In this document: positions 45,065-58,350 of the stretch, piece by piece | Position numbering within the stretch: the stretch's first letter is position 1 | Layout: each line of letters opens with the position of its first letter | NCBI GenBank assembly: GCA_036172245.1 | Contig: JAYWIR010000062.1 | Location: 124,001-188,000, forward strand | DNA length: 64,000 bases | Direction of reading: 5' to 3' | From: Raillietiella orientalis | Taxonomy: Eukaryota | Position numbers and translations under genes: made by a program | Notes under the pieces: generated by a model | Told to the model about the DNA's origin: nothing | The model's input: only the letters and a program-made list of their open reading frames with translations | Database searches by the model: none

Positions 45065-48000
45065 CGACTTTTTTTTTAGTTCGTTTTTTTTTTCCTTTCT
45101 CTCCCCCACTCCTCCGCCTTCCCCGCCCGACCGTTGAGCATTCGCGCCCCGAATGGGCGACTTTCCGACACGAACCTTTTAATTCCACGATGCCTGGCGT
45201 TTCTTCCCGGCTCACGGATGAATGTGCCCCTGGAGCGTGACTTATCAATCAGTCTCGGCGCATTCTGGACGCGTTTGCTCGGCCCCCGGCCCCCGCTCTT
45301 TCGCCGCTCCTTCGCAGCGGCGCAGCACCTCTCGGAGGCAGTGCTGGAGGGCGGCCTCCGCGGGCGTCTCTTCTGCATGCCGCAACTTCCCGGTCACGCG
45401 CGGAATTTCGCCTCGAGCGCCGACCTCGCTCCCGTCGGCTTCGGGAAGCCCCCCACATGGGACGGACTACTTACCCCCTGCCCTCTCCCCCCCTTCCCCT
45501 GCGCCTGCGGGGAGGCGAGGGAGGTCAGCCGCCTCCAGCAAGCCAGGGAGCGCCACGAGGAACGGGTGCGCCGTGCCCTCGCGCCCGCTTCCCCGCCGCT
45601 CCTATCGCCGGGGGCGCCCGCGCGCTCCGGGAGAGGACGCGAGGAAGGGGAGCCGGCCACAAGAGCCCGGAAGAGGGAGCGCCGAGTGCACGAAGGCTGG
45701 GCAGTGGCCCCGCCGCGCGTCTTCGTGGGGCCGACCGGAGGGCACTCCTCTCAGGGCGGAGCGTGACAGCGTGACGCCTCCTCCTCCTGCCGAGGACAGG
45801 TGGAGTGGGGAAGTGACCTCTCGGTGGACACCCTCGCGCCTTGCGGTGGAGGGCGGGACTCACAGGGCGGTCTACAGGGTGCCCACCCCGTCGCCTGCTG
45901 GGCTCGTCAGGCGAAGGGCCCAGGCCCCTCTCCCACCCTCCGGACCCGCTCGCCTGGAGAAAACCCGGAGAAAACCGAGACCCGCTCGCCTCGATGCTTC
46001 CAGGAGGTCACGCCCTCGGATCCCTTCCGGGACCTCCCTCTTGTTCCTCCAGAGGGCACGACGCCCTCGGGAAGGAGCCCCTTCCTCGGCCTTCCGAGCA
46101 GGGCGGGGAGAGGAAGGCAGACGGTGAGACCGGCAGGTCCCGGAGGCTTCCCGGGGCCCCGCGTGTGAGCCCGGCAGGGCTGCAGACAGGAGCGCCCAAT
46201 CTTCGGTCGTCTAGGGGGTTGTGTGGTTACCCCCCCTCCCCCTCCCCTGTGGGTGGGCCGGCACGAGGAAAGCGGAGACCCAACTGCGGCCTCGCCGCCC
46301 CGCATGGGCGGGCAGTCCCCGCCCCTGGCGCGTGCGAACCGCTCCGAGGACCCGGACACTGGAAAGACCGTCGGCAGGCTCCCCCCCCTCCCTCCTCCCC
46401 TGCACCCATTCTGAGAGAGAACTTTGCCCTCCTTCCTGCCTCCATTCCCTGAGGGCAGGTTTGGCCCCGCCCTTGGGGCATGTCCGGTGGTGACTCCTCC
46501 CAGGAGCTCATACGGACTCCAGGACGGAACCTTGACCGGGGGGGGCGGGGGCAAAGTGAGAAGCTGCACGGTCTCTATGGTGAGCTTGGAGCGCTGGTCA
46601 GCAGGTGGCAGCACCGTAGATACCGCCTCTTCCTTGCCGAGGGGAGGGCAACCTCCGGCGAGAATGGAGGGAGGATGGCTTCCTACGCAACATGGGTGAG
46701 AGATGGGGCGGAACGCGAAAGCGCCGCCCCCGCTGCTGCCTTTTGCTGGGAGGAAGGAGGAGGGGAGGGAGCACCCAACGCCCAACAGACGAAGTTCCGA
46801 AGACTTCCGGACCAAACGGGGGGAGAGCGAGAACCACCCGGAGCAGCCGGGAAGGGGGAAGGGGCCAGCGACAAGCTCTCTCCTCACCGTCATCCGCCGA
46901 CCCCCCTCATCATCTCTTCACGCCCTACTGGGCCATGGACGCGCCACTCACGGAGGAAATTCGTGGGCGTAGGTATGATCCCTTCTGTGGGCGTGACCCT
47001 TTTGGAGGTCGTCCTCGAGCGAGAGGTGACCGTAGAAACTGTGGAACGCGAGTCACTCGCGTCCCACGGTTTCAGGGGAACCGCGGCAGAAGGGGGGCAT
47101 AGCGGGAGTATCGCCGTTGCCACGGGAGGAGTCCATTGTGGAGGCGACGAAGGCAGTGAATGTCCTTCTTGCTCCATCCTCACCTTCCCCGCCCTCCGCG
47201 GCATGCCCGGGGCACCTCCGATTGGTGTGTGGAGCCGCCCGCGAAAGCGTCACCGCACCTTCCGCAGGATGGGTGGCAGCAGAAAGCGCAAGCCGCCGCC
47301 GGACCCGTCCGTCCGGAGGCATCAGCGGGTGGAGGGGGAGGGGAAGATTCCGAGTCTGTGAGGGCACGGCGCTTGAGAGCGCTCTGCTCCCGTAGCGCCG
47401 TGACTGTCGCGCTCCCTCGTACCCTGGGGAGGGCGAGGTCCCCCCTTCCCGCGCGCTGCGTGACGCGGGAGGCCAGACGTGCCTCGGGAGAGAGGGAGAG
47501 GGGGTTGTGGGGCCTTCACAGGGCAAGGAGGAAAGGAACGAAGCGCCTTGGGAAGTGTGCGCACGCGGGAGGAGGTGAGAGGGGAGGGGGTTCCCGCTGA
47601 GGGTGCCAGGAGAGCCGCCTCCACTCCCTCCGGCGCGGGGAAAGCGAAGGCGTGGTGGCAAGGGCGCTGAGGACGAACCCCTCACGAGGTAGGGGATCTC
47701 ATCAGCAGTCTCCAGAAGGAGGGAAGCTGCCCCTCCGTACCGCCACCCCTCCCTCTTCGTCCCCTCTTCGCCGGGAGTCGGGCGCTGGGGAGATGCGGAT
47801 GGGCCTCAGCTGGGCGCCCCGGCAGCCGGGGAGCGCTTTTCGGAGGGAGTGGGAAAGAGGGGAGTAGGGAGGGGAGGGAGGGGATGGGCTGGAGGGATCA
47901 CTCGACACCGTAGGAGCATTTTGGAGGAAGAGGGGGCGGTCGCTGCAGAGGGAGGAGGGCAAAGACCTCGAATGAAGCGTCTGATGAAGGCAGCGACAGG

Positions 48001-48777
48001 TCGCGACGGAGAAGCTTCGCTTCGAGCACCACGGGCGTCTCCGGCGAGGGCAGAGGAGCGCCATCCTAGGGCTCCTAGCGATGCGATCCGGGTCGTAGAG
48101 GGGAAACCGCTCACTTCCGCGACCCAGTGAGGAGGTCGCCCTAGGGAGAGGAGCGGCTGAGATCCTCCTGGATGTCAAGTCCTTCCGGTCTCCCAAGGTC
48201 CCCCCCCCCCTGTCCTCCTGGACGACCTGAGCTAGGACGCGCCTGCTTCGAAGGCTCTGGCGGTCTCTCCAGACCGGCTGCCCCGGGCTTGGGAAGGGAA
48301 GGCCGCCACGTGATCCCGGAGCGGAGCCCCGAACGATCGCTAGGAAGCACCTCCGGTGCTCCCTCCCCTAAGAAGGGAGGTCCGGAAGGGACTGCGCGGC
48401 CGCGGGAAGCGGGAGAAGGGGAGGGACGGAGGAAGAGGAGGAGGCAGGAGGGGCGGTTCGGCTCCCGCAACGGCGCCTTTGCCTCTCCGAGGATCACCCA
48501 CGGTGGAGGCCGCAGGAGGGTCGCGCCTTCCGCGCCGGGCGGACTGTGGAGCGAAGCCAAAGGGCAGGAGAAGGAAGGGGACTCCGGGTGCGGGGATGGA
48601 CTGAGGCGCACACGAGCTCCGAGCCGATCGGTGCTCCTCCCGTCCGGGAGCGGAGACGGGGTGGGATGGATGGGCAGCCTCCGGACGACCGACCACCACG
48701 CCACTCCTCCTTCCTCCCGGGGCGCGTCGGGCCTTCCGCGTCGGGCCGACCCCTGCAGACTCGGAATGGAGACCGGG

Positions 48778-51400
48778 ATGAAGGGAAGCGTGGACCACGT
48801 CTTCCTCTACGAGCACCTGAGCTCCTGCGTGGGGAGGGGAGGTAAGATGCTGTCCGAGCTCTCCGACCACTCCCGGGTGGAATTCGTCGTTCGCCCGCGC
48901 GGCAGGTGGCCCCCCTCACTGGAGTGGCGTTTACTGGGGGGAACTGTCCGACCACGCAGCGGAACACCTCCGCGCGTTCTTGCAAGATTTCAGCGTGCAG
49001 ACGCTCGACGACTGGGAAGGAGAGAGAACGCCTGGACGGGTCTGCCACTTTTGGGTGAAATCATCATGGCGATCGGGAAACTCAGGAAGCGTAAGGCTCC
49101 AGGGGAGGACGGCCTGCCCACGGAGCTCTTTCAATGCTTCCCGGCGGAGCTGACTCCCCTGGTGCAGTGCTTAGCGCTGCTGATTCGGGAGACCGGCGAC
49201 GTTCCCGCATCCTTCCGATCGGCACGGATGCGTCTCCTCTCGAAGGGAGGGGACTTGCGGAACCTCAGGAAACAGCGCCCGATCACCGTGTTGAACGCGG
49301 ACACCAAGTTGCTGGCCGGAGCGACTTTGGTCGGAGCGAATGGGGCGGGTGGCGGAAAGCTTCATCAGCCCGGAGCAGACCCACTCTGTTCCCGGGAGAA
49401 GCACGGAGGCTAACCTGCTCTTCGCGGACACCTGGTTTCAGCTCCAAAGTGGAAGAGCACATGAAGGGAAGTCGGTCGGCACCCCGAATTCCGGGACGTC
49501 CACTCGTGGTTTGCGGGATGGTCGGGAGCGCTTGGGGGCCCTCGCGGTCGCAGTCTACTTGCGAAAAGCATTCGATTGAGTTGACCAGGAGCTTCTTCTG
49601 GAGCTTCTGCAACTCTTGGATTTCCCGGCCTCTTTAATGGCCTTTCTGCACTCTTCCTGGTGCGGTGTGCTGACCAACATTTCTTTGAGTGGTAGAAACG
49701 TGTTCGGTGTGCCGGGGCTCCGAGGGATACGGCAGGAAGACAGCCTGAGCCCCTTGCTCTTCAGCACCTACTTTGAGCTGGTGCTGAGGGCCTACAGGGA
49801 GACTCTGGCTCGCCTGCCGCGCGTGTGCCCAGGTACACAGCCTTTACGTCATATGAGGACGATCTTCTGCTGCTGCTCCCTATATCCACCCCGGCTTCCG
49901 CGGTAGAGGAGTTCTTCGACCTCCGAAGTCGGGGAACAGGGCTACGGATGAACAGGGCAGTGTCGTCCGTGATGCCGGTCGGTGCGGCGTGGACAGGGCA
50001 GCTGGGCTGGATCCTCCTGGGGATCCCCATTGTGCGGTGCTTTAAGTACCTCGGTGTGCCGCTGGGGGACTACTCTCCGGCGGAGACGTGCTGCAGCTCC
50101 AGTGGAGAAAGCTTGCCCTCGTGGCGAAGTTGTGGAGCACCAGCTGTGTACCTGCTCCGGCGGTACATATACTAAAATTGGAGCACCAGCTGATGCGAGC
50201 CTGCACGATGCCTGGTCCAGCGAGCTAGCGGCTGCACGGGACTGTCTACCTTCGCGGGGCGTCGCCAACTGCGGTACCGGTTCCATTGCGGACTGGAACT
50301 CTGGCGAGTGGCCAAGCTGATCAGGGCGAACACCTGGATCTCCTGCCGGTCCGCGAATGGTGCTGCCTGGTTGCAAGAAAGTCTTCTCATACGGGTCCAG
50401 AATAACGAAGCAAACCCGGAGTTGCGGCAGCGACTGATGTACTTCTTTTACAGCAGCCGCTCGCTGCAGGACATCATCGTGCAGCCCGCTTCACGTGCGT
50501 GAGCTGAAAGGACCTCCTTAGCCGCGGACCTGCTCTACCTCAGGGAGCACCTGGGCAGTAGTCAGCCGGCCAAATGGGAGTCCGATATACGATATCAGAA
50601 AGAGAGAAGGAACTAGGTGGTTGGACCACGGGCTAGCTAACTCACGCTGCGACCCCAAGTGCCCCACCTGAGGGACCATTGCGCTGGGGCGAGCTGCTGA
50701 GCATCCCGTTGGAAGAACTCGAGTGGCCCCCAGCGCTGAAGAGCAACCGATCCTCTCCCCCTGAAGTGGCCGGAGTCGGCATTCCCGGTGTTGCACTGAG
50801 GACTCCCCAGCAACGCCCGCCGATCTCACTGGACGAGGAGGGCTGTGGACCCGAACTGCGTCTGGTGCGGGGTACGGGAATCCGTCCCGCACCTACTTAT
50901 GGACTGTGTTGCCCCCCGACCCCTGTGGTTGAGTTTTGCAACGGCCCTAGGAGCACCAACGATCCCAGAGACATATTCAAGTGCCTCTTTGTGCGCGACG
51001 CCCTTTCGCCTGCCGCAGCCCAAGCAGCCCTTTGCTGCCTACGAGGGATTGTGGATGCCTGGACCTACGCCAGAGATGGACGGCACGATAGGGAAGCCAT
51101 CTGCTTCGTCCTGGGCTTTCTGAGGACGGCATCCAGATGGCCCCACCCGGGACGTATGCGGATGGAACTTGACGGCATCCTGGAAAGGATGTATGGGACG
51201 ACCCCAGGGAGACGTGGTTCCTTCCCCAGCCCCCCCTGCTTTTGTAAATAACGTTCTTTGTGTTTTTCTTTTGTTGGTCCCCTCCCTCTCCGCTGCCGAG
51301 TCGAACCTCGCCGGCCTGCGTGCCGGTAACTCGGCAAGTTCAGAGTTTTCATTGGACGTTGTAGGGCCTATGGCCCTACACATGTTTGTTTTTAAAATAA
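48778..51400 (+). mobile_element. Degenerate non-LTR retrotransposon (Tx1/L1-like) ORF2 pseudogene
   Basis: APE endonuclease tail (SVDHVF...LSDHSRV); RT motifs KAPGEDGLPTE, RPITVLNADTKLLA, FISPEQ..VPGRS, LRKAFD* (stop at 49577-49579), GIRQEDSLSPLLF, YEDD (degenerate YADD), KYLGVPL; C-terminal CCHC DPNCVWCGVRESVPHLLMDC. Several frameshifts; AT-rich 3' tail at ~51240-51400. Confidence 0.88.
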
Positions 51401-53449
51401 ACGCCCCGGCGCACCCGGGTGTTAAACCACGCCACTACGCCGCGCGCGCGGTGATGTCACGCACCGTTCCCGAGAGCGGGTTGCCTCGCCCCCCAAGGGG
51501 AGCTCCGGAAGCGGGAGGGCATGTCCTTCCCCAGGGGGCGTGCCCGAGAAGGCGGGCCGAACGACTGCCAGCGCGAGCGCTGGAAGCGCGAGATGCAAAG
51601 GTCATGCGCTCGGTGTCAAGGAAGGCGGGGTCCCCGCCTTCGCCGAACAGCAAGGAACGCCGGAGGGGAGGGGAGGAAGGTCGGAGCCATAGGGGATGTA
51701 ATCGTGGAGTAGGGAAGGGGAGGGGAGGGGGCAGGAAGGACCCCAGAGTGAGATCGCGCATCCCGGGAAAGGTCACGGCCCTTTGGGGCGAGGTGCCGGG
51801 AGCAGGTGGCTTTGCGGTGCGCTCGCAAGCTTTCGAGAGTCTGACCGCGGGCAGGGACGCACGGGGAGGATCCATCCCCAGATCCGCCACTGGGGTTACT
51901 CGGGTCGACCCTCGAGGTTCCCCGCGGCTGCTGCGACGCGGCGCTCGATGGCCTCCCACGGTGGCGTAGATGACCCCGGGCGGAAGGAAAGCGTGGGCGC
52001 GCCAGCTGCGTCTAGGAGGCCAGGGCAAGGATGTCGGGCTCTCCTCTTCCTCCCCCTCCCCACTTGGTCCCGGGGGCGTGGCTCCACCGGGGATGTGCCG
52101 AGGCGGCGCCGGGTAAAACGTGTGATCAGAGCTCCCCAGGCACGTCCTCCTTCCGCGGCTCCTCCAGGAGCGGAAGGAAGACGGCGCGCAAGGTCCTCCT
52201 TCTCACCATGCAATTCGGGACTTCAGGAGGAGGCAGGTCAGTCCGTTGCTGAGCCGAGGTCCCAGGTGATCTCCAGGAGGCTCCTCGCCGGTCCACGTGG
52301 ATCAGCTGCTCCAGGCTCTCCCTCGGCCGCGTGCCAGCTCGGCCAGATGGCCTCCGCGCGGAGCCGTCCCGTAGGTCAAGTCGCCCTGAGGATGTGATGC
52401 AGCGGGTCCGGTGCGGTTAAGAGCGCCCTACTTCGTGGGGGCGCAGCACCCTTCTTCCTGGGACGACCTCCCTTCCTTCAAGGTGCTCCTTGAGTTGGTG
52501 CGGAGCGGGCCGGAAGCGTTGCCGCGGGGCGCGCACGAGAGGGAGGGTCTCCACCGCCTCTTCCTCCTCCGACTAGGATGGAGGCTGCTGCCTTCGGGCA
52601 CACAAGAGGAGGGGGAGGGGATCGGTGCGCGTGGAGTGGACGGTCCGAGCGACGGCAGAGCTGCCCTCGCGACGGCGACGAAAGTTAGAGTGGAAGGCGA
52701 GCGGTCGGCGCTTCAGACCGCTCTGGCTGTGGCTCCGTCGGCTCTACTTTCTCCGGGACTTGGGGAGGAGGGAATTGGGGGCCGCTGGAGCTTCAGAGAA
52801 GGCCGTCCGCCATGACCGCGTGGGTGGAGATCTCAGATGAAGGTTCACGCCCACGAGTCCTTCCGTTGCCGCCCGACCGCTGGACGGGGAGCCTCGCTAT
52901 GGCTGCCCCTCGGCGCCAGGGGGCAGAGGAGCGAGGCCTCCCCGAAGAGCTCCGCTTCCCTGCACCGTTGCGTCCCCGTGACGACCAGAGAAAGAGTCCC
53001 TGTGAGCGAGTGGAATCGGGGAGGGGCCCTGGAGGGGTTTGGAGGACCCGAGGGAGGGTCCGCACTGCTTCCCCCTTGCTGTTAACTCCTCCTCTGGGAT
53101 GGAGGGAAGGACAGGAGGTGGCGACTTCCGGAGCGAAGCCGTGGAGCCCGCGGGCGCGTGGAAGAGGTCGACTAGGGGTCACCCGCGCGCGCGAGCGAGC
53201 TGTTGCTGTTGCTGGTGCCGTCGCACGAACGCCCGCAGCACTCTTCAAACCGGGGTGAGCCACCTTGGTGGCGGGCATGCGGGAGGGTGGTGCATGCCGG
53301 AGGTTTCGCAGCAGTCCCCGAGCCGGGAGCGCGAACGACGCCTCGGGAGCTATCCCTGAGGCGCCGCTCTTGGGCGCTCTTGGGCACTCCTCCCCCTGTC
53401 CTGCCCCGCAGCGTCCTTCCGCTCCTCGGCAGCCGGACGCCTCTTCCCA

Positions 53450-53715
53450 TCTCGAGGGAAGGCGGCGTTCCGGAATGAGGCGGCCGTGTTCGTCGCGGAG
53501 GGGCCTCCCTCAGAGAGGGCCCGTCGGCTTGGCTTCCTCTTTGTCCCCCCTGCCCGCAGCGCCAAGGCAGGAGTCCCTACGGGAGAGCGCCTCCCGAGGC
53601 GCCGTCGAGGAGGCGCGCGCCCCCTCCCTGCCGCCCGCGGGAGAGGAAGTTCCTCGCCCTCGGGACTCTACGCGTTCGCAGGGGGAAGCAAGGAGGGACA
53701 TGACCTCCCTAGATA
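53450..53715 (+). repeat. Diverged interspersed repeat copy 1 (gag-like relic)
   Basis: Co-linear similarity with 57990-58350, e.g. ggcggcgttccg.aa.gagg.ggccg, cctccctc.gag.gggcccgt, gagagcgcc.cccg.ggcg, ccgcccg.ggg, gttcctc.ccc.cgggact, tacgcgttcg.aggggg. Confidence 0.8.
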
Positions 53716-54634
53716 AAGCCCTGCAGAGTCGCCTGGAGGCAGAATGCGGCGGCTCCCGGATCGGCACCAGCTCAATGCTCAGGAGCATCGGCACCCAGGG
53801 ACCTCCCTCAGGTAGTGCACCAGCCGCCCAGCCTGACTCCCTCGTGGGCGGCGGCGATGAGCTCCGTGACGTCACCTCCCTCCCCCTCCCCCTTCCTCCC
53901 CAGGCGTCGGGTGGTTGAGAGCAAAAAGCGGTTGACGGTGGGTAGACCTGGCGGATGGGAGAGCGCCCCTCCCCCCGTCCCGTGCAGGAGCGCCGTGCTT
54001 GGCATCCCCTGCATTCCGTGGGTGAGAGTGGGGATGGAACGAACCACCCTGGACGCTGCCTCTGCGCTGCTTTGCCCTACAGCTTGAACGTCCTTCCCAG
54101 AAGGGCACCTCGAAAGCCACAATGACCTTTACTCCCTTCCCCCCACGAACACCACTCCCTTCGGCCCACCGACGAGTACCGGCTCGGTCCTCTTCCTCGC
54201 CCTTTGCCCAGCCGACGACGGAGCTCCACTCTTCTCTGGGGGCGCCGTGGTCACCACGGCACGACCTACGAAGCCATGGATCCCCCTCGCAGACGCTCCC
54301 GTCTTCTACTGCCCACACGCACCCCCGCCGCCACCATGCCATGAGCCCTCCGTCGTATCAACGTTCCAGCTTTTACAAGAAGCAGCCTTTTTTCCTGTGC
54401 CCCCTCGGGGTCACGTTGGGTCATCCTGGCCATTTTCGAGGCGGATGTCCATGAAGAACGAGAGTTCTTCCGAAATTCAGAAGGGGCTCTGCAGCTTCCC
54501 ACAGGGGGATGGCTCTCGCTTGCTTCCTTGCACTCTTCTGGAGAGGCGACGACTCGGAGGGTCTCCCCCGCAACAGGGGGTTCCGCTCCTTTCAACATCT
54601 AGAGAAGTGCCCATGAGGGTTCCTGCTCCATGTT

Positions 54635-54940
54635 GAAACCGGAGGGGTCCCCCTGAAGAGGGGGGTCCGCTCTCCGCTGCACAACCGGAGGGGGAACTCC
54701 CCACTCCTTTTAATCCTGGAAGGATCCGAAGGCCGACCCCCATTGTTCCGGCCTTCATCGGGGGGCTCCGGCTTTATCCACCGCCGGGGCCACGCCCTAA
54801 TGTCTCGGCCAACCAGCGCCATTGCAGGAGAAACTCGGAACCCAACGACGCAGTGGCGTCAGAGTTTCTGACGAAGTGTTCGAACCCGCCACGCATGGTG
54901 CCACGCGCGGAAGCCTTCACCACAAATGCCTCCGACGCGG
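54635..54940 (-). mobile_element. tRNA-derived SINE-like element, copy B
   Basis: The minus strand has A-box-like aggcatttgtgg and B-box ggttcgaacac. The body is co-linear with 39600-39915. Confidence 0.6.
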
Positions 54941-57900
54941 GCTTGCACGACTTGGGGGAGAAGAGGGCGGAATCCCTTCCCGAAACGCGAGGAAACGGGA
55001 ACGAAGACAAGGAGCAGCCCTCCTTGTTCGGCCTCGCCCCTTGGCCCTTCGCCCGAAGTGCAAGACCGAGGATGGAAGGAACGCCCTGCATAATTCTTCC
55101 GCCTAGTCTTTGGCAATGCTGCTGCTGTTTTTTGCTTCTCCGGGCTCCTCTTGTTATCGGTTTAGAGCTCTTGCATTACTTCCTGATCATTTGTTGTTTT
55201 TCTATAGTTTGTTGCCATGATTTTATACTCATTTTATAAGACTGTGCTTCCATAGACATTGCCCTTCTCCGCCCTTTATTTTTTTATCCGGTTTTTTTCG
55301 TTGCAGTACTTCACGTTTCGTTTCCTTCATGGGGTTTCTTTTGCTGTTTCATTCTTTATAAACCAATTTATGGTTTTCTGTTACATTGTTTTACTGTCCT
55401 TTTGCAGTTTTACCACTTCATGCTTTTCCAATCATTTGTGGCTAATATTTGATCATTGCATGCTCCTATTGTTATTCTATTCTGTCGTTTTATTACTTTA
55501 CAATATTTTTTACTGTTGTGTTTCTATATTTTTGTCCAGTGAAAACATAAAATGGGCATCAAATATTTACCTCTGATCGTTACTTTACATTTCGCGCATG
55601 CTTTATATTTTCATCTTGCCATGATCTTATAGTTTTTTCGTTTTCTAGTATTTCATTTTTATCGAGCATTATTTTCCACTACCTGGGTGCTTGCAAGTCA
55701 CAAACACTGCATCCGGCTTCGCGGAAACGAGTAGCTTATTGCGCAAGGGAGGCATTTTGTGCACCTCGCCCGTTATTCATCCGGTGGGATGCGTTCCATG
55801 GGACTTCTTGCGTGCTATGAGACATTTAAGACAGCATTCCTTCCAGGCGGAGGACGATGCTTACATATGCCAAGATCACGGATTTTTGGCATTCTAACGA
55901 TGACGCAATTTGCGGCAATAAATGGAAGAGGTAATGAAGGTGCTATTTTTAAGAATCGCCGAAAATCAAAGCGGGCAGCGATGATGTGATTGATAATTTG
56001 GCTACTAATAATTACAATTACGTTCCCCCCTCCGTGCGACCGCCGCGGACGACGCCGAACCACTCTCGGAGAAGAGATCGCTCGGAGGCAGCGCCCTCGC
56101 GAGGTCGCCTCCCGGGCGGTGAGACGGCCCTGAGGCAGGGAGGGAACGGTGGAGGATTAGGAAGCTGCAACCGCGCCTCTGAGCTTCCGGACCTTCGGCG
56201 CCTGGTGACCCTGATGGCGCGCACCCGGGGAAAGGCGCAACGAGGGATAAATTCCCTTGTCTTCACCCCACCCTCTCGCTGTCTGGAGCCCCTCCTCCAG
56301 AGCCCCTCTAAGCGTCGCAAAATGCGGGCCGCCGCTGGCGCTCCTCTCGGCAGCGCGACAGCCCGCTCTACGCCGGGTGGAGTAGTCTCCTGGCGGCGCG
56401 CTCGTAGGGCCGCCGTCAGGGAAAGGAAGGTAGCCGGAAAGGGGGTGGGGGGGAAGAGACTTGGGTGGAGGGCGAGTCAGTAGGCTGCCCCCATCTCGCG
56501 CCGCCGCTCGGGGCAGCGAGAGCCAGGACGTGGTCGCCGTCGCATCCCTGGGCGCTTCTGCTGTGGCGCCACCTCCGGGTGGCGAAGCGCTTCGCTAGCT
56601 GGGGAGAAGGGGGGCCCTCCAACTTCTGGTCGGAGGAGCAGGCCGAGGGGAGCGACTTGGTCACGTGGTCAGTCCGTGGTGACTGCGCCGGCGCATCTGC
56701 TACAGCAGCCGGGTGCAGCTCCCGGTTCCAGACGCCCGGGGAGCTTCAGTACGGAGAACGACGGCGACGGTGGCGCCAACCACTCAAGGATGATCCCGCT
56801 GGATCCAAGGAGTAGGCATTCGGTTAGGTCGCCAGGTAACGGCGCTTGTCCATGGGAAGGCCACCCGCGTTCGTCGCTCCGGACCTCTGGCGGGCGAAGG
56901 AGAGATCGTTCCTAGAGAGACCAGCTGCGAAGGCCCCCCTCTTTCTTCCCCTCGTGCGAAGGGATGCAGAGTAATCGACACTGCATCCCTGAGGCCAGAA
57001 AGCCATCGGTTCTTAATGCTGCGACGGGTCATCCTAACTTCGGCCTCCATGGCGGCGCCGTCCGCTCTCTTCACAAATCTCCCCTTCCCTCCCAGGGCAG
57101 CAGTGGTCCCTTCCGCGGGACAGAACGAAGAACCCGTAGCGTCACCCGCGCACGAGCGACAACCCCACCCTGCGCGCCTCTCCGACGGGGCTGTCGCCTG
57201 CAGTACGCCGTGAAGCGATGGGGCAGCGGGGGCGGCGGGAAACTCGCCTCTCGCGTCCGCAGCGCGTGTCGGTGGTGGTGGTGGTGGTCAGCTGACGACA
57301 GTGGCGACGGTAAAAGGGTCTTCCGCCCCCCCACCCCAACCCCAGGAAGCCATCGCGCGTCTCGGATGACCTCGAGCGCCGGAAGCGCGGAACGTGCAAG
57401 AGGCCGTTCCGCCGGTGGTTTCCCGGCGGCATCTCGCGGGGACTCACAGTTTCCAGGACCGTCTCCAGCATGCAGAGCCAAGCGGCTGTTCTCGGCTGTT
57501 GAGGAAAAGGCCAGTGACCACCACCCGCCTTGGGGAGACTGTGGGGTCGGGGAGGGAGTTGAGAGGGGGATGTTGAGCACGCTCCCACCACCGGAGCGAA
57601 ACCAGACGGCCCCAGCGCGGGGGTGGAAGCGGCTTCCTCGCCCCTCCCCTTTTCCGTGGTGCTCATGGGGGCATGGAACTGGCCTATCGAGGCGGAAGGG
57701 GAGTATCCCTCTCGGCAGGAAGCGGGAGAGCCAGAGAACGAACCCAAGGGCGGCGGCGGCGGCGGTGGCGGAGAGTTCCGGTCCGCCTTCCTGGAGATCG
57801 GGCGCCGCCGGCGAGCGAGTGGAAGGTCGCAAAGGGAGGGAGGGTAGGGCACGAGGGGCCCGACCGGCCTTCGACCGTCTCGCGCGGCAGCGCGCACCCT

Positions 57901-57989
57901 TGACCCCATAGGACGAAGCGCCCCGTCCCCGCCCATCAAACTTCAGGCAACGTCCGAGCCCGGAGGGCAATGTCCGAAAATCTCCTGCA

Positions 57990-58350
57990 CTCGAGGAGGA
58001 ATGGGCGGCGTTCCGAAAAGAGGAGGCCGCTTTTGCCCCGGAGGGACCTCCCTCGGAGTGGGCCCGTTGCCCTGGCTCCTTTTTTGCCCTTCTTGTCAAC
58101 AGCGCCGTCCTGCTCCCGCGCCGGGAACCGCGAAGGGAGCGCATCGCGGGCTGGGTGGCTCAAGGACGTCGTGCTGGCGCGGTTTGGCTTCCTTCCCCTC
58201 CCGCGCAGCAAGGCAGAGGTCTCCACGAGAGAGCGCCGCCCGGGGCGTTGTCGTGGAGGCGCACCCCCTCCCCGCCGCCCGTGGGCCAGGAGGTTCCTCA
58301 CCCGCGGGACTACGCGTTCGAAGGGGGGAGCAGGGAGGGATGTGACCTCC
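57990..58350 (+). repeat. Diverged interspersed repeat copy 2 (gag-like relic, with ~100 bp not present in copy 1)
   Basis: Homologous to 53450-53715. Translates AAFRKEEAAFAPEGPPSEWAR versus AAFRNEAAVFVAEGPPSERAR. Confidence 0.8.
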
